64,000 nt of DNA, from assembly GCF_009914755.1 (NCBI RefSeq), contig NC_060927.1; one strand, written 5' to 3'. The notes beneath the pieces were generated by a model. It did no database searches and was not told the DNA's origin. It saw only the letters and a program-made list of their open reading frames with translations. Position 1 is the first letter of the stretch; each line of letters opens with the position of its first letter. Positions 53,400-64,000 of this stretch are shown in pieces. The DNA is from the human T2T-CHM13v2.0 reference genome, Homo sapiens. The translations under genes and the position numbers were made by a program.

Positions 53400-55300
53400 A
53401 ATCTTCCCTCTTCAAACCTTTTTAACATGTCTTGACTTTGTTGTTCTGCTTGATCTTCTAAAAGAAAGAGCTTATCTGAATAAGGCAGGGGAGGATTGAG
53501 GAAAGTTTTGGTGAGAGTTGTCTCAATAAGTCTTTGTATTAACCCTCAAGCACAGGGTATTTGGCAACATCCAACAAGGATTAGTACACTTATAACAATG
53601 CCAGGGAGGTAACTATTGAAGTTACTAACTTTTCCCATCCACTGAACCACTTTTCCATGAGGCTTGTAAAGGGATCCTCTATTCTGAGTTTTTAGCCAAT
53701 TCATCTGATAGAGAGGTAAGGCCCTGAAAGGCTTTTGTAATTGTCCCATTGGGGGCTGTGTTGTTAGAGATGAAAGTACAACACTGGGTTCTGATCATGA
53801 AAGAAACTCCACCTTTCTCTGCTAGTACCATGTCTAATGCCATCCTATTTTCCCAGGACATTTGACTGGTGGGCCTTAATTGTTCAGCTATTCCTTTAAT
53901 GGCATCTCTGGTATAGTTAAATCCTTGCTGGTTATAGTAAATGTAATTTATCCAATCTACATTTTTATTAATAGTTAACCACCAGAACAATGTGGATTCA
54001 AACCATGCAGCTATTTGGTTTCAAGCTTTAAATTCATTTGACACTCTTCATGGAACCCTGATGGCATCTATGTAAACTTAAGGATCAAAAGACTCATGAG
54101 GGGTCTCTCCCAGTTTATAGTGCTTTGCTTTTACTTTTTCTGGTTGATGAAATGCCAGGGTGAAAGGGATAGCCAATTGAATTAGAGAACTAGTTCCGCT
54201 CCAGTTACTTGGCAGAGTGTCCAGCAGGGGTCCACCACAATATGACCATACATCTGCTCAGGAATGGCTAAGGGCAGACTGATGGGTAAGCTCTTGGAAG
54301 GGCCTAAGCTCTTTCGATCCCTTTAAGTCTCCAAGGAATGCGAAGTATTCCCTCTGTCGTGAGAGACATGAGGTAAACTTGACATTGGAAGGCAGAGTCT
54401 GGATGGCCCTTGGGGCCTGACCTGCAGGGTATTGAACTTCAGGGAACAGCAGAGAAAGAGCTTGGCACAATTTGTCTTCCTAGGTGTGGGGCCTTGAGAA
54501 AGAGCTACCATACAGCTCATGCACAGTCGGCAGGAAGACTATCCAAGTGGAAAGGGGGTGATCTGGGCCTCTGGTCTACTGTGCACACAAGCGTAACAGT
54601 CACTTTTGCTTAGGACATGGATGGAATATTTAATCCATTCCAGCCAGGCATTTGTATCTCATTAACCTATCTCAATTGCTAGGGTTTATTTTAGATCTTT
54701 TACTTCTATAATGGACACCTTGATTTAAACATTAGGTGCAGGAATAACAGGTGTTTGTTTCAAAGCTGAAGCTATTGGGGATGGGGAAGGAGATGGGAGG
54801 AAACAAAATGTATCTCAAAAATACCTATAGGGTCTCTCCTGTTAACATCATCCCCTATACCATAGAGACAGCTGAGGGCAGGCCTGGGGTCAGTAGAGGT
54901 AGGGATAGTAATAGAAATGAGGATGAAGTTGCATTGGTGGTATTGGTAATCAGGGGAAGTAGTTCCTTTAGTAAAATGAAGGTAAAGTTTTAGGGAGGTA
55001 CAGCCTTCTAAGGAAGTCTAGCCCTGGGACTGAGTGATCCAGATAATATCATACCAGAAATAGCAAGGTAGCCAATTATAAGGAATTTTACAAGGATTAG
55101 GTTGAGAGTGGGGTGAGTACTAAGGGCAAAGATACTTTTCTGAAGAGGCTAGTTGCCTTTGACTTTGTAGGTCTCCACAGGGTTTGGCTAAGTAAGCATC
55201 AAATGCAATAGTTTGGCAGGGAGGCTGACCTGGTTACATTGATAGCAAAGTGGCTGACAGTGGAGTGAGGGAAGAAGAGACAATATAAGAGATGAAAGAG
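53400..55300 (-). pseudogene. env: Retroviral env remnant (SU and TM), frameshifted
   Basis: ORF 53679..53990 has the TM heptad, immunosuppressive domain ENRMALDMVLAEKGGV and a mutated CX6CC (SFMIRTQCC); several stops and frameshifts elsewhere. Confidence 0.88.
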
Positions 55301-55302
55301 GG

Positions 55303-55938
55303 TTAGACTTTTCTTAGTTTTAGTTTGGTGGGACTTGATTCCAGAACAATGGACTATGATTCTGAAGACTGTGGCAGTTTATTGACTCGGGTATGGTAAG
55401 TCCACCCTCTTTCTGCTGTTCATACTGTGGTCTTAGTAGTTAGAAGCACTAGGTAGGGTCCTTTCTAAGCCAGTTCGAGTTTTCCTTCTCTCCAGCTGTT
55501 AATGAGAATGTGATCTCCAGGTTGATGCAGATGTGCTGGGAACCTCAGGAGTGGCGCCTGTGCTAAAAGGCCTTTAGTTCTGAGGGAAGAGAAGGTGGAA
55601 GATAACTCAAGTATATCGTTTTTGAGAAACTGGTCTTTCATCTCAAGCATAGGAATGTCAGCAGTGGAATGTAAATAAGGCAAATTATATAGCATTTCAT
55701 AAGGGAATAAGCCGACATCTTTCAGAAGGGCAATCCTGACCCTTAAGAAGGCAATGTGGAGGAGTCTCTAAAACCAATTTGGTTAAGTGGCTCCTCAGAG
55801 TCTGGTTCATTCTCAGTATTCTTCCTGATGAAGGTGGGTGCCAGGGAGTATGGCACTCCTATATTATGTTTAGTGCTTGGGCTAATTTCTTAATGACATG
55901 TGCAGTGAAATGAGTCTTATTATATGAATCAATATTTT
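55303..55938 (-). pseudogene. pol: Retroviral integrase C-terminal half
   Basis: ORF 55465..55695 'HQPGDHILINSWREGKLELA*' continues KGPYLVLLTT (GPY/F motif) and GWTYHTRV; upstream 'THFTAHV' belongs to the IN core. Confidence 0.85.
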
Positions 55939-56027
55939 AACCTAAGTCCTAGAGGGCTATCAGGGGGAATATCATTGTTATTATCTCTATCCTTTTCACT
56001 CCCTGTCTTACTTGGGGCATTTCCCAT
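55929..56027 (-). pseudogene. gag: Gag N-terminal stub, 32 codons
   Basis: Hand translation MGNAPSKTGSEKDRDNNNDIPPDSPLGLRLKY*; MGxxxS myristoylation signal and DSPLG motif. Confidence 0.8.
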
Positions 56028-56104
56028 GTTGGGTCCTGGTTAGGCTCAATCCCTCATACTAGGAATTTCTTGCCTTTCACACACACTTGACCTCCAAGAT
56101 ATCC

Positions 56105-56302
56105 CGACCACCAAGGAATACCTCACTGCCCTGGCTGCTTTTCTTACCTTGATCCAGACAAAGAAATGCTTCACCACCCCCACGGCTTTTCTTACTTTGG
56201 TCCCCACCAAGAAATACTTCAACACCCCTGTGGCTTTTCTTACCTTGGTCCCAACCACCAAGGAAATACTTTGCCAGCTCCCGTGGCATTTCTTTCCTTG
56301 GT
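56105..56302. repeat. Four tandem units of about 48 bp in the proviral leader
   Basis: Unit approximately ccaccaag(g/a)aatacttcaccaccccc.yggcttttcttaccttggtc, repeated four times. Confidence 0.85.
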
Positions 56303-56870
56303 CTGTGCACAGAGCTACCTGGTGGCCATGGTATTGGTAGGCCTTTTCCTCCCACGTTGCTGAGAGTCCGGGTTTATTCATCACACCAGGTGGGTCTTGA
56401 TCCTTTACCCCTGAGGCCACTGCAACTAGGCAGTGGGACGTGTCTCCTCATGAGAGAGGACTGGACACCCCTCCCCAGAGGAGAATGGTTTTCCCGTATG
56501 GGCCACAAAATTGTTGGGAATAAGAGCTCGGAGTCTCAAAGAAAATGAGCACTTAGACAGAGAACGTCTCAGCAAGGCAAATTTATTTCTGCAGAAGGGT
56601 GTGTCTCGTGTATGGAGCAATGGCAAGAGCACACATAACAAAGAAAAGCAGGGGTTTTTATGATCTCTAATGCAGCTTCTGCTCCTGTGTCTTTCCCTTA
56701 TTGGCTATGGTTGGACTGCACTGTCTAAACTAGTCCTGAATGGCTAAACATTTAAACTTTCTTAGATAAGGTAGGCACATAAGTGAGAAGAGAGAGAAGG
56801 GGGGTCATTTATGTGGGGACTAGGAAGGTAACCTATTCTCTAATAAGGATAGGAATGTGGATTGGGGTTG

Positions 56871-56910
56871 TAGCAAGTTCAGACATGCCTAGGCATATTC
56901 AGACAAGTTG
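56871..56910. promoter_or_regulatory. Tandem p53-type half-site cluster in 5' LTR10
   Basis: TAGCAAGTTC-AGACATGCCT-AGGCATATTC-AGACAAGTTG; the second decamer is a perfect RRRCWWGYYY. Confidence 0.68.
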
Positions 56911-57164
56911 GGGTGCAGCTAAGATAAGGAGGTATTTGGAATTATAGGATAGAGAACGGGGAAACTGGATAAACCATTTGAAGAGGGAAACTAACTGTAT
57001 CTAACAATAATTTCTGAATCATTCTTTGCTCAAACTAGTTTAATTTTTCTAAAGTTATTTTTTTAACAATGCTATACAATGACATGCTTCTGCATACAGC
57101 TTCCTAACTCCACATCCAATGATCTTGAGTTGTTAGTCTGAAGTCTTCCATGGTGAGAATATTT

Positions 57165-57346
57165 TAGTGGTATGCTGGTAAATGTTTAACAACCAGTTCT
57201 CCAAAAGAAAAATGACCTGATTTATAGCATGTATCAATGTTGTGGCATAAGTATCCTCACTGTAGTTGAATCAACTTTGTAAAACTACTGAAAATTTAAC
57301 AATTTCGTCTGCTGAGCTGGTTGGAGTTGTCTCCAGTATGTCATTG
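57165..57346. mobile_element. MER63A-like element inserted in opposite orientation inside the outer MER63
   Basis: 'tagtggtatgctggtaaatgtttaacaaccag...ctccagtatgtcattg' termini; imperfect flanking repeat aatattt/aattttt. Confidence 0.68.
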
Positions 57347-57534
57347 AATTTTTGATGCCAGATCTATTAACAAATATTGCTAAATAGTTTTTTTTTAAGC
57401 AAATTGTTAAACATTTTCCAGCATAGTCAGTGTCAGGTGGAGTTTCTGAAGCCCAGGAGTGAAGCAGGCATCTCAGATTTCTCCATTTGTGCCTTTGATT
57501 CAATTTAGTCTTTAAGACCTGAGACTCCCTAAAG

Positions 57535-57720
57535 GACAGATAGGAAAACTGTGGCTCAATTGGACCTGCAGTCTGTTTATGTATTGCCCTAGAGTTAAGA
57601 AAAGTTTTCATATTTTGAAAAGATGGCAAAATACAATAAAGAAAAATATATGACTATATGTGGCATACAAAACTTCAAATAATTACTGTCAGGCTATTAA
57701 AAAAAAGTTTGCAACTCCTG
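57535..57720. mobile_element. MER58-like hAT-Charlie element
   Basis: 'tatgtggcatacaaaacttcaaataattactgtcaggctattaaaaaaaagtttgcaactcctg'. Confidence 0.65.
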
Positions 57721-59279
57721 GCCTAAATTCACAATTGTTATTCCTCAAAACCCATTTTTCCAGTTCCTTATCCTTAAAGCAATTCTAGGCTATAATTTTT
57801 AAAAATTTTCTCCAGTCCAGGTGAGTAGTACTGGATCACAATCCTGTCTCACATTTGTCTATTTCTGCCAGTTTTTCATCTGCCCTACCTCATACTGTTA
57901 CAAGCCCAATAGCCATAAATGCTAAAGTATTTCTCCATTTATAGTATAAAGTAAGAAATAATGGGACAGTCAGTTTTTAAACTATTTAACCATATGCTAT
58001 AGGAGTGAATTCGTTTCTAGACAGAAAGAAAAAAGAACAAACAAGCATGCAGAGAAAAGTAGAAGGATTTCATGCAGGAAAGGTGCTCTGGCTACTCACT
58101 GTTTTCTAGTGTGCTAATTCATTTACTCCTTAGAAGCACAAAGGCCCATCAGGGGATGTGGTGATGAGCAAAACAGAGACAAGCCTACTCATATGAATCC
58201 CCTGCTTCTGGTTCTAGACCTCTGCATCAACATTGACTGTAATGTTTACTCTGATTCTATGAGATACCAGAATATCCTTCAAAAATCCTCTTTCCATGAC
58301 CCAATCTGTTGTGAACTAAATTACTGGTCCATACCTAAGAAAATAAAGTCATATTTAATTAAAATTACTTCTGTTTTTAGGGATTTAAAACATCAAATTT
58401 AATTTATAGACAAATATGGTTCTAAATGTATATATGTACATTAATACATATATATTTATATAAACATTTTGTTTTATTATTTCTGATTGTTTAATAATAT
58501 ATTCTATTCATTAGTTCTTAAGTTAAAATAATTTTTCCCTTTATATCTTGAACCCCACCTAATTTATCTTTGGGAATAGTAGCCAAGCAACTACTGTATG
58601 TAGAGTGATGTAACTTCATACACTAGTTAGTATCTTCAAAATTTTGAAACACTAAGAATAGGTTATATTCATTCATTCTAGCCATATGAAAAGTAAAGCT
58701 AATAGTTGTCAATCCTTTCTTTTCTAAAAATAGTGACAAAAAATAATGTAAAACCATATATAGATATATATGCAAACTGCATGAAGGAGTTCTAAGATAA
58801 AGAATTCAGTACATTTATTTTCTTTTTATGCACAGGTAGTTTTCAAACTTGTGCATTTTTTTCTTTCTCTAAGATTTTCTAATACAAGTTAAATAAGCTT
58901 AATTTACAGTTACCCAAAACTCCAGAAAAAAATTCTTCTGGAGGACGGCAATGGGAAAGAGCGGGAAAGATAGGCAGCAACTGATGGTCAAATAGCATTT
59001 TTTGATTCTATTTCATTAACTTTAAATTTCATTGAGTAGTATTTGCAGTGCAGTTGACTCTTCACCTATGGAATCTTCCAGGTGACTGTTTAGGGTCTAT
59101 GCCACTGAAAGTCTTTACCAGTGACATGTCATTTTGTACTTTGTCATACAGTAGAATTTAATTTTCAATCAACACGTATGATGTCTTGAAATTGCTGATG
59201 TTTTAGATTTATTTTCATGGGCTACAAGTGCTTATTTCTTTGCTTACTTCTATTTATAAACTTCCTTAAATTTACTAGA

Positions 59280-59600
59280 CCTAGGAATACCTCTTTTCTG
59301 ACTCTCTCATTTCTTTCTTATCAATCTGGATTATTCTCTGAAGCCCTGTACAATACACCTGTCCTTAAACAATAATCTCCTTTGTTACATTGCTTTCCTA
59401 TCTGAGAATTCTTAAACCAGCATGTATAACATGTGGCACATATTGCTTGTAGTATTTTTTGAGGTGTTTTTTTTTGCCCTTTTGTATCTTTCCAAGTAGA
59501 ATTTAATTCTTTAAAGGTAATGAACCATGACTTATACTACTTGCATATCTCTCTGTTACTGATAAACTGTTGCACACATTGACAGAGTACATGCATATTT
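59280..59600 (+). mobile_element. L2 3' fragment
   Basis: 'gtagaatttaattctttaaaggtaatgaaccatgacttat...gcacacattgacag...aaatggatgaa'. Confidence 0.45.
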
Positions 59601-61748
59601 CACAAATGGATGAACAGGACTATCTTTGAAATGAAGATGCAAAATACTCCATTTAAGAAATTTCGTACCATTATTTTAGTAGGGTCAACACACCGGTCAA
59701 ATACTTATTTTTAATTTGCTCATGAGAAGAATTATGTCCCTCATTTTATAAACATGGCAGTTGTAGCATACACACAGCAAAATGAAAAAACTGACTCAGA
59801 ATTATAAATGGATGACAGAGGCAGAATATTTTGGTGTGTTTCATTTTTAATATCATCCTTATTTTTTTTTAGTTTTTGAAATTTGTAATTTTAAAACTAT
59901 TGTGTAAGTATTACATACAAGGAATTTAGAAATGATATTTTTAATAAATACATTTAAATACTTTCCTGAGTACAATTTGAAAGTCTACATAAACACCAAC
60001 ACATAAACAGAAATGTCTATTTTGAAAACATTTTGACTGGCGGTAATTCTAAATATATATTTGAGAAATATAATTGAGATAATAGAAATATTTTCTTTTA
60101 TCTCAGAATATTAGAGATATTCTGAGACATTTTTACATTCTGAACATTAATAAATCATAAATATAAGTATATAAAATTATGTCTTTGGAGATATGACAAT
60201 ATATAGTAGAATATAATCATTTCACAAATAAAACAAAGGTGAATTAATAAAATTTTTTGGTCTAATATTATTGAGATACAGGACTAAAACTAGAATACGT
60301 ATCTCCATTTCAGAAAGTTTCTTTTTTTCCTATTTCTCTCTTATTATCTAAATGAATAAAAATGAGGTTCATTCTTTTTAATGTGAAGCAAAGCATTCAT
60401 AAAACACACAAAGTAATATTCTGCTATGTGTAAAATATACAATAGAAAGCTATTGTATATAAGTGAAATTAAGCTTTATCCAATGACTAAGAAGATAGAA
60501 TAAGAAAAAAATTATTAGAAATCTGCAAATTATTTTCCTTTTTAATGCTGCTGAGAAGCAAGTTTCACTTATTGAACACAGGCAGGCATGATCAATTCAA
60601 GTTTCAAACTATTTGTTAAACAGTGAAAAATGATGGCAATATGCCACAAAAGTTTTTAAATTAATTTTAACTTGGTATAAAATTTCCTGAAATTCATTTA
60701 ATCTATTTTTAATTGGAATGTAAAGAAAATTATTCTAGGGACAAACTCATATGTGAGTCTCTTTGAACAGAAAGCATGTTTTCTGCACTTAGGAAACAAG
60801 CATGACAGCATGGCAAGTATTTTTTAATGTGGACATCTGTCTCTCTACTCTGGAGAACATAAATACTACCCACGTGATACATTCCAGATGGTGAGCATTT
60901 TCAGCTACCATGGCCCAAACACATTTCTGAGGTGAAGTGCCATCCCTCTTCTTGCTGAATGCTCTAAGCCTCATAGGAAATGAGGAACTGAACCTTTCAT
61001 AATTCAATATGATCAACAAAAAGATGTAATCTTTAAATTGTTGAAGTGTTTGGTATATGCATTCTCTCATATAAAATATATTTTGTTTAAATACTGTATA
61101 TAGTTTATTGGTGTTTGGATAGCATATTTTCTTGGATAATATTCCCTCATTGCCTTGATGTTCTCTAACTCGATATAAGATAATTTTGTAAGAATATGGA
61201 TTCAAATCTTACATCACTCTTTGGTGTATTAGAAAGCCAAACCATAATTTGCTACATGTAAATGGCTCACTAAATGTATGCACTAATTGGGATAAGGCAT
61301 CTATATCCCCTAAGAATGTCTCCCTTAATAAATATCTAACTTACAGAAAACTAAATAGTCGTTGTTATTTATAACTGAATGAGGAAAAGCATTCATGAAA
61401 AATAATGGAAAGAAAAGAAAATGCTTTGCAAGACATACATTTGTGGTGCTGACATTCATGATTCCATGCCTTTTGAAATATTTAGGTTCTGGACTTAAGC
61501 ATAATTGATCATAGGAAGGATCAAAGAAATAATACACCCACAGTTACCCGCTACACTCACCTCATATATGTGAGGGAACACTGAGGACATGAGCATCTAA
61601 ATGCAGGTGAGGTTGATAGAGGTCCATTGTAGAAAGGAAGAAATTGCAAAGCTGCTACACAAAGGTAGGAAAGTTAGAGGAGGCTGATCCCTGACTACCA
61701 TACATGGTTTAGGTCCACTATTTAAAATTCCCCATTTCCTGTCCACAG

Positions 61749-61869
61749 AAAAATGTATATTACACATAATAAAACTACTGACAAGAAAAAACAGTAGTTT
61801 GAAAATAAAATTGTCAGGAAGTTGAATGCTCAGGAAATACTTTTTTCTTTGGGTTATCAATAGTTGAAG
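61749..61869 (+). other. Candidate 121-nt non-coding internal exon
   Basis: Acceptor ttcccatttcctgtccacAG| and donor AAG|GTAAGA; stops in all three frames; motif evidence only. Confidence 0.35.
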
Positions 61870-62289
61870 GTAAGAAAAAAGTAAACATAAAATATGTTAA
61901 AGTATATATCTTTATGCATTCAAATTCTATGTCATCAACATATTTATGACATAAGTTTGTAAAATATTCTATGCGATTGTATTGTTTTTTGAATGAATTA
62001 GAAATGTTATCCATGAAGTAGGCCAAAATATTTATTTATATACTCTTAGTAAGTAGGCTAGATGATTAAATGAAACATTTGTTCTGACTCGCTAGACAAT
62101 TTTTGATATGCTGTTTATCTATATTAAGATAAATAAAATGTGAGGAGTATGATTGAAAATAATTTTGAAATTCTTCAAGGTAAAAGTGATATTCGCTTAT
62201 TTAGAACTGTTTACCTTGAGGATTCCTGAACTGGAAGCCTCAATACTTATTCAAAATGTGCATCAACTTATATTGCAAATCCAATGTAC

Positions 62290-63070
62290 TTTTAATGATT
62301 TACTACATTATAGGTTCACAAGGAATGTACAAAACCAAAATAAAACAAACTCAATGTCCAGAACTAATAATAAGTTTGACCAGGTCACAAGATATAAAGT
62401 AAACATTTAAAAATCAATTGTATTTCTAAATTTTAACACTGGAACCCAAAATTAAAAATAAAATGCTATTTAAAATTGCCAAAAAAGAGAGAGAAATACT
62501 TAGGTGAAAACTCATCAAAACATGTACAGGAAATGTTTGCTAAAAACTATAAAATATTAGTGAAATAAATTTTTAAAATGTAAATAAAAAGACAGACTTT
62601 GTGTTCATGGATTGGAAGACAGCATAGTAAACTCAGTTCACCCCAAATTGATATATGGGAATAATATAATTATTTTCAAAACACAGCAAAATTTTTTGGG
62701 CATTGTGTATGTAATATTATCGATTAAAAAGGCCAAAATATTTATTTTATGGACTTTTTTAACCTATTTTGTTTTAATATAGTCAAGCTTTTGCTAAAAT
62801 TTATGTGGAAAGGCAAAGGAAATAGAGGGGCAAAAACAATATTGAAGAGGAAGAGTAAAATGAGAGGAATTCATTTCTCCAATTTCAAAAATTATTATAA
62901 AGTTAAAGTAGTCAGGCATGAAGTATTGGTGAAGGGATAGACAGAGATTAATGGAATAAAATACAGAAACATAAGACACTAAAACAAACATGCAAAATGC
63001 TTTTTGATATAGATGGAAAGGCAATGTGATGGTGGAAAGATATCTATTTTGGATAACTGTAGGAAAGACA
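62290..63070 (+). mobile_element. Old L1M ORF2 fragment
   Basis: ORFs 'RTNNKFDQVTRYKVNI' and 'LLLKFMWKGKGNRGAKTILKRKSKMRGIHFSNFKNYYK' match L1 ORF2. Confidence 0.85.
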
Positions 63071-63262
63071 AAAAGAGAAAGAAGAAGGAAGGGAGGGGGA
63101 AGGAAGGAAGGAAAGAAAGAAGGAAGGAAAGAAAGAAAGAAAAAAAGAAGAAAGAAAAAGAAAGAGAGAAGAAAGAAAGAAAAAGAAAGAGACAGAGAAA
63201 CAGAGAAAGAGAGGAAGGAAGGAAGGAAGGAAGGAAGGAAGGAAGAAAGGAGAAAGAGGAAG
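63069..63262. repeat. Compound purine microsatellite (GAAA/GGAA/GA), including (GGAA)8 at 63213-63244
   Basis: Direct reading; about 190 bp almost free of pyrimidines on the + strand. Confidence 0.95.
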
Positions 63263-64000
63263 GCCATTCTGGCTAGTGTGAGAGGGTATCTCTTTGTGAT
63301 TGTGATTTGCATTTCTCTAATGATTAGTGATATTGAGCATTTTTTTCATGTGCTTTTCAGCCACATGTATGTCTTCTTCTGAGAAGTGCCTCTGTCCTTT
63401 GCTCAATTTTTTTTCATGGGGTTATTATTATCATTATTTGCTTGTTGACTTGTTTAAGTTCCTTATTGATTCTATATATTAGATCTTTGTCAGATGCATA
63501 TTTTGCAAGTATTTTCTCCTTCTTTGGTTATCTGTTTAATCTGTTGATAGTTCCTTTTGCTGTGCAGCAACTCTTTAGTTTAAATAAGTCTCATTTGTCA
63601 ATTTTTGTTTTTGTTGCAATTGCTTATGACATCTTTGTCATGAAATCTTTGCAAGAGCCTATGTCCAGAATGGTATTTCCCAGGCTTTCTTCTGGAGTTT
63701 TAATAGCTTTAAGTTTTACATTTAAGTCTTTAATTTAACTTGAATTAAATTTCATATATGGTAAAAGGAAGGGGTCCAGTTTCACTCTTCTGCATGTGAC
63801 TAGCCAGTCATCCTAGCACCATTTATTGAATAGGGAGTTCTTTCCCCATTGCTTCTTTTTGTCAACTTTGTCAAAGGTCAATTGGCTGCAGCTGTGTGAC
63901 TTTATTACTGGGTTCTCTAATCTGTTCCGTTGTATTATGTATCTGTTTTTATACCAGTACTAGGCTGTTTTGGTTACTGTAGCTTTGCAGTATAGATTGA
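63262..64000 (-). mobile_element. L1PA/L1PB ORF2 3' region, runs off the window
   Basis: 'gatttgcatttctctaatgattagtgatattgagcattttttcat' and 'ggaaggggtccagtttcactcttctgcatgtgactagccag'; translation 'MQITITKRYPLTLARMA'. Confidence 0.9.

Larger units (their letters stand above)
52883..57006 (-). mobile_element. HERV-I / HERVIP10-group provirus with LTR10-type LTRs (3' LTR 52883-53376, 5' LTR 56512-57006), gag-pol largely deleted
   Basis: Paired LTRs of about 495 bp, TGTTAGATACAG...CCCAACA; 5-bp TSD ATAAT (52878-52882, 57007-57011); PPT AAAAGGGGGGAAAT next to 53377; PBS at 56491-56508 matches the tRNA-Ile 3' end at 15/18. Confidence 0.92.
52549..57068 (+). mobile_element. MER57 solo LTR split by the HERV-I provirus (own sequence 52549-52882 and 57007-57068)
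   Basis: 'ttaaattaactttagcctaaagctgcctccttacata...' resumes 'tctgaatcattctttgctcaa...ttttaaca'; imperfect TSD atac/atgc. Confidence 0.85.
52340..57432. mobile_element. MER63B-like hAT-Blackjack element split by nested insertions (own sequence about 52340-52548, 57069-57164, 57347-57432)
   Basis: 'ttaaacacagccatta...aggttatttacacc...tatggtgtaaatac' resumes as 'atgctatacaatgacatgcttctgcatacagcttcctaactccac'; ends 'ttgttaaacattttccagca'. Confidence 0.72.

Noticed and set aside
56046-56420. Repetitive ORFs (LVGTKVRKA) and a CRISPR-like periodic pattern
   Set aside because: Degenerate tandem units in a retroviral leader; no unique spacers, no cas genes, eukaryotic context.
62794-63382. Lys/Glu/Arg-rich and Phe/Leu/Ser-rich ORFs of 87-172 aa
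   Set aside because: Translations of the purine microsatellite plus L1 fragments.

Overview
AT-rich, non-coding primate genomic DNA, probably human or another catarrhine given the AluJ/AluS, LTR12C, THE1, MER11 and HERV-I content. I find no intact protein-coding gene, RNA gene or CRISPR array; the long ORFs in the track are repeat-derived. About half the window is transposon fossil: a near-full-length old L1 (13.6-20.3 kb, minus) carrying a MER11 solo LTR, an LTR12C nested in a MER50-like LTR, a MER31/MER67-group LTR with internal stub, a THE1 provirus, and a gag-pol-deleted HERV-I/LTR10 provirus nested in MER57 nested in MER63. I cannot support a wholly new biological system. The best leads are: (1) an LTR12C that appears to have lost its poly(A) signal, gained a splice donor and turned its GC box into a G-run, so it could start a spliced lncRNA, with a candidate + strand non-coding exon at 61749-61869; (2) four tandem p53 half-sites in each LTR10; (3) at least four local duplications or templated insertions, one datable by an AluJ filled/empty site pair. 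Subfamily names and consensus comparisons are from memory and need RepeatMasker/Dfam confirmation. Boundaries without TSDs are approximate.
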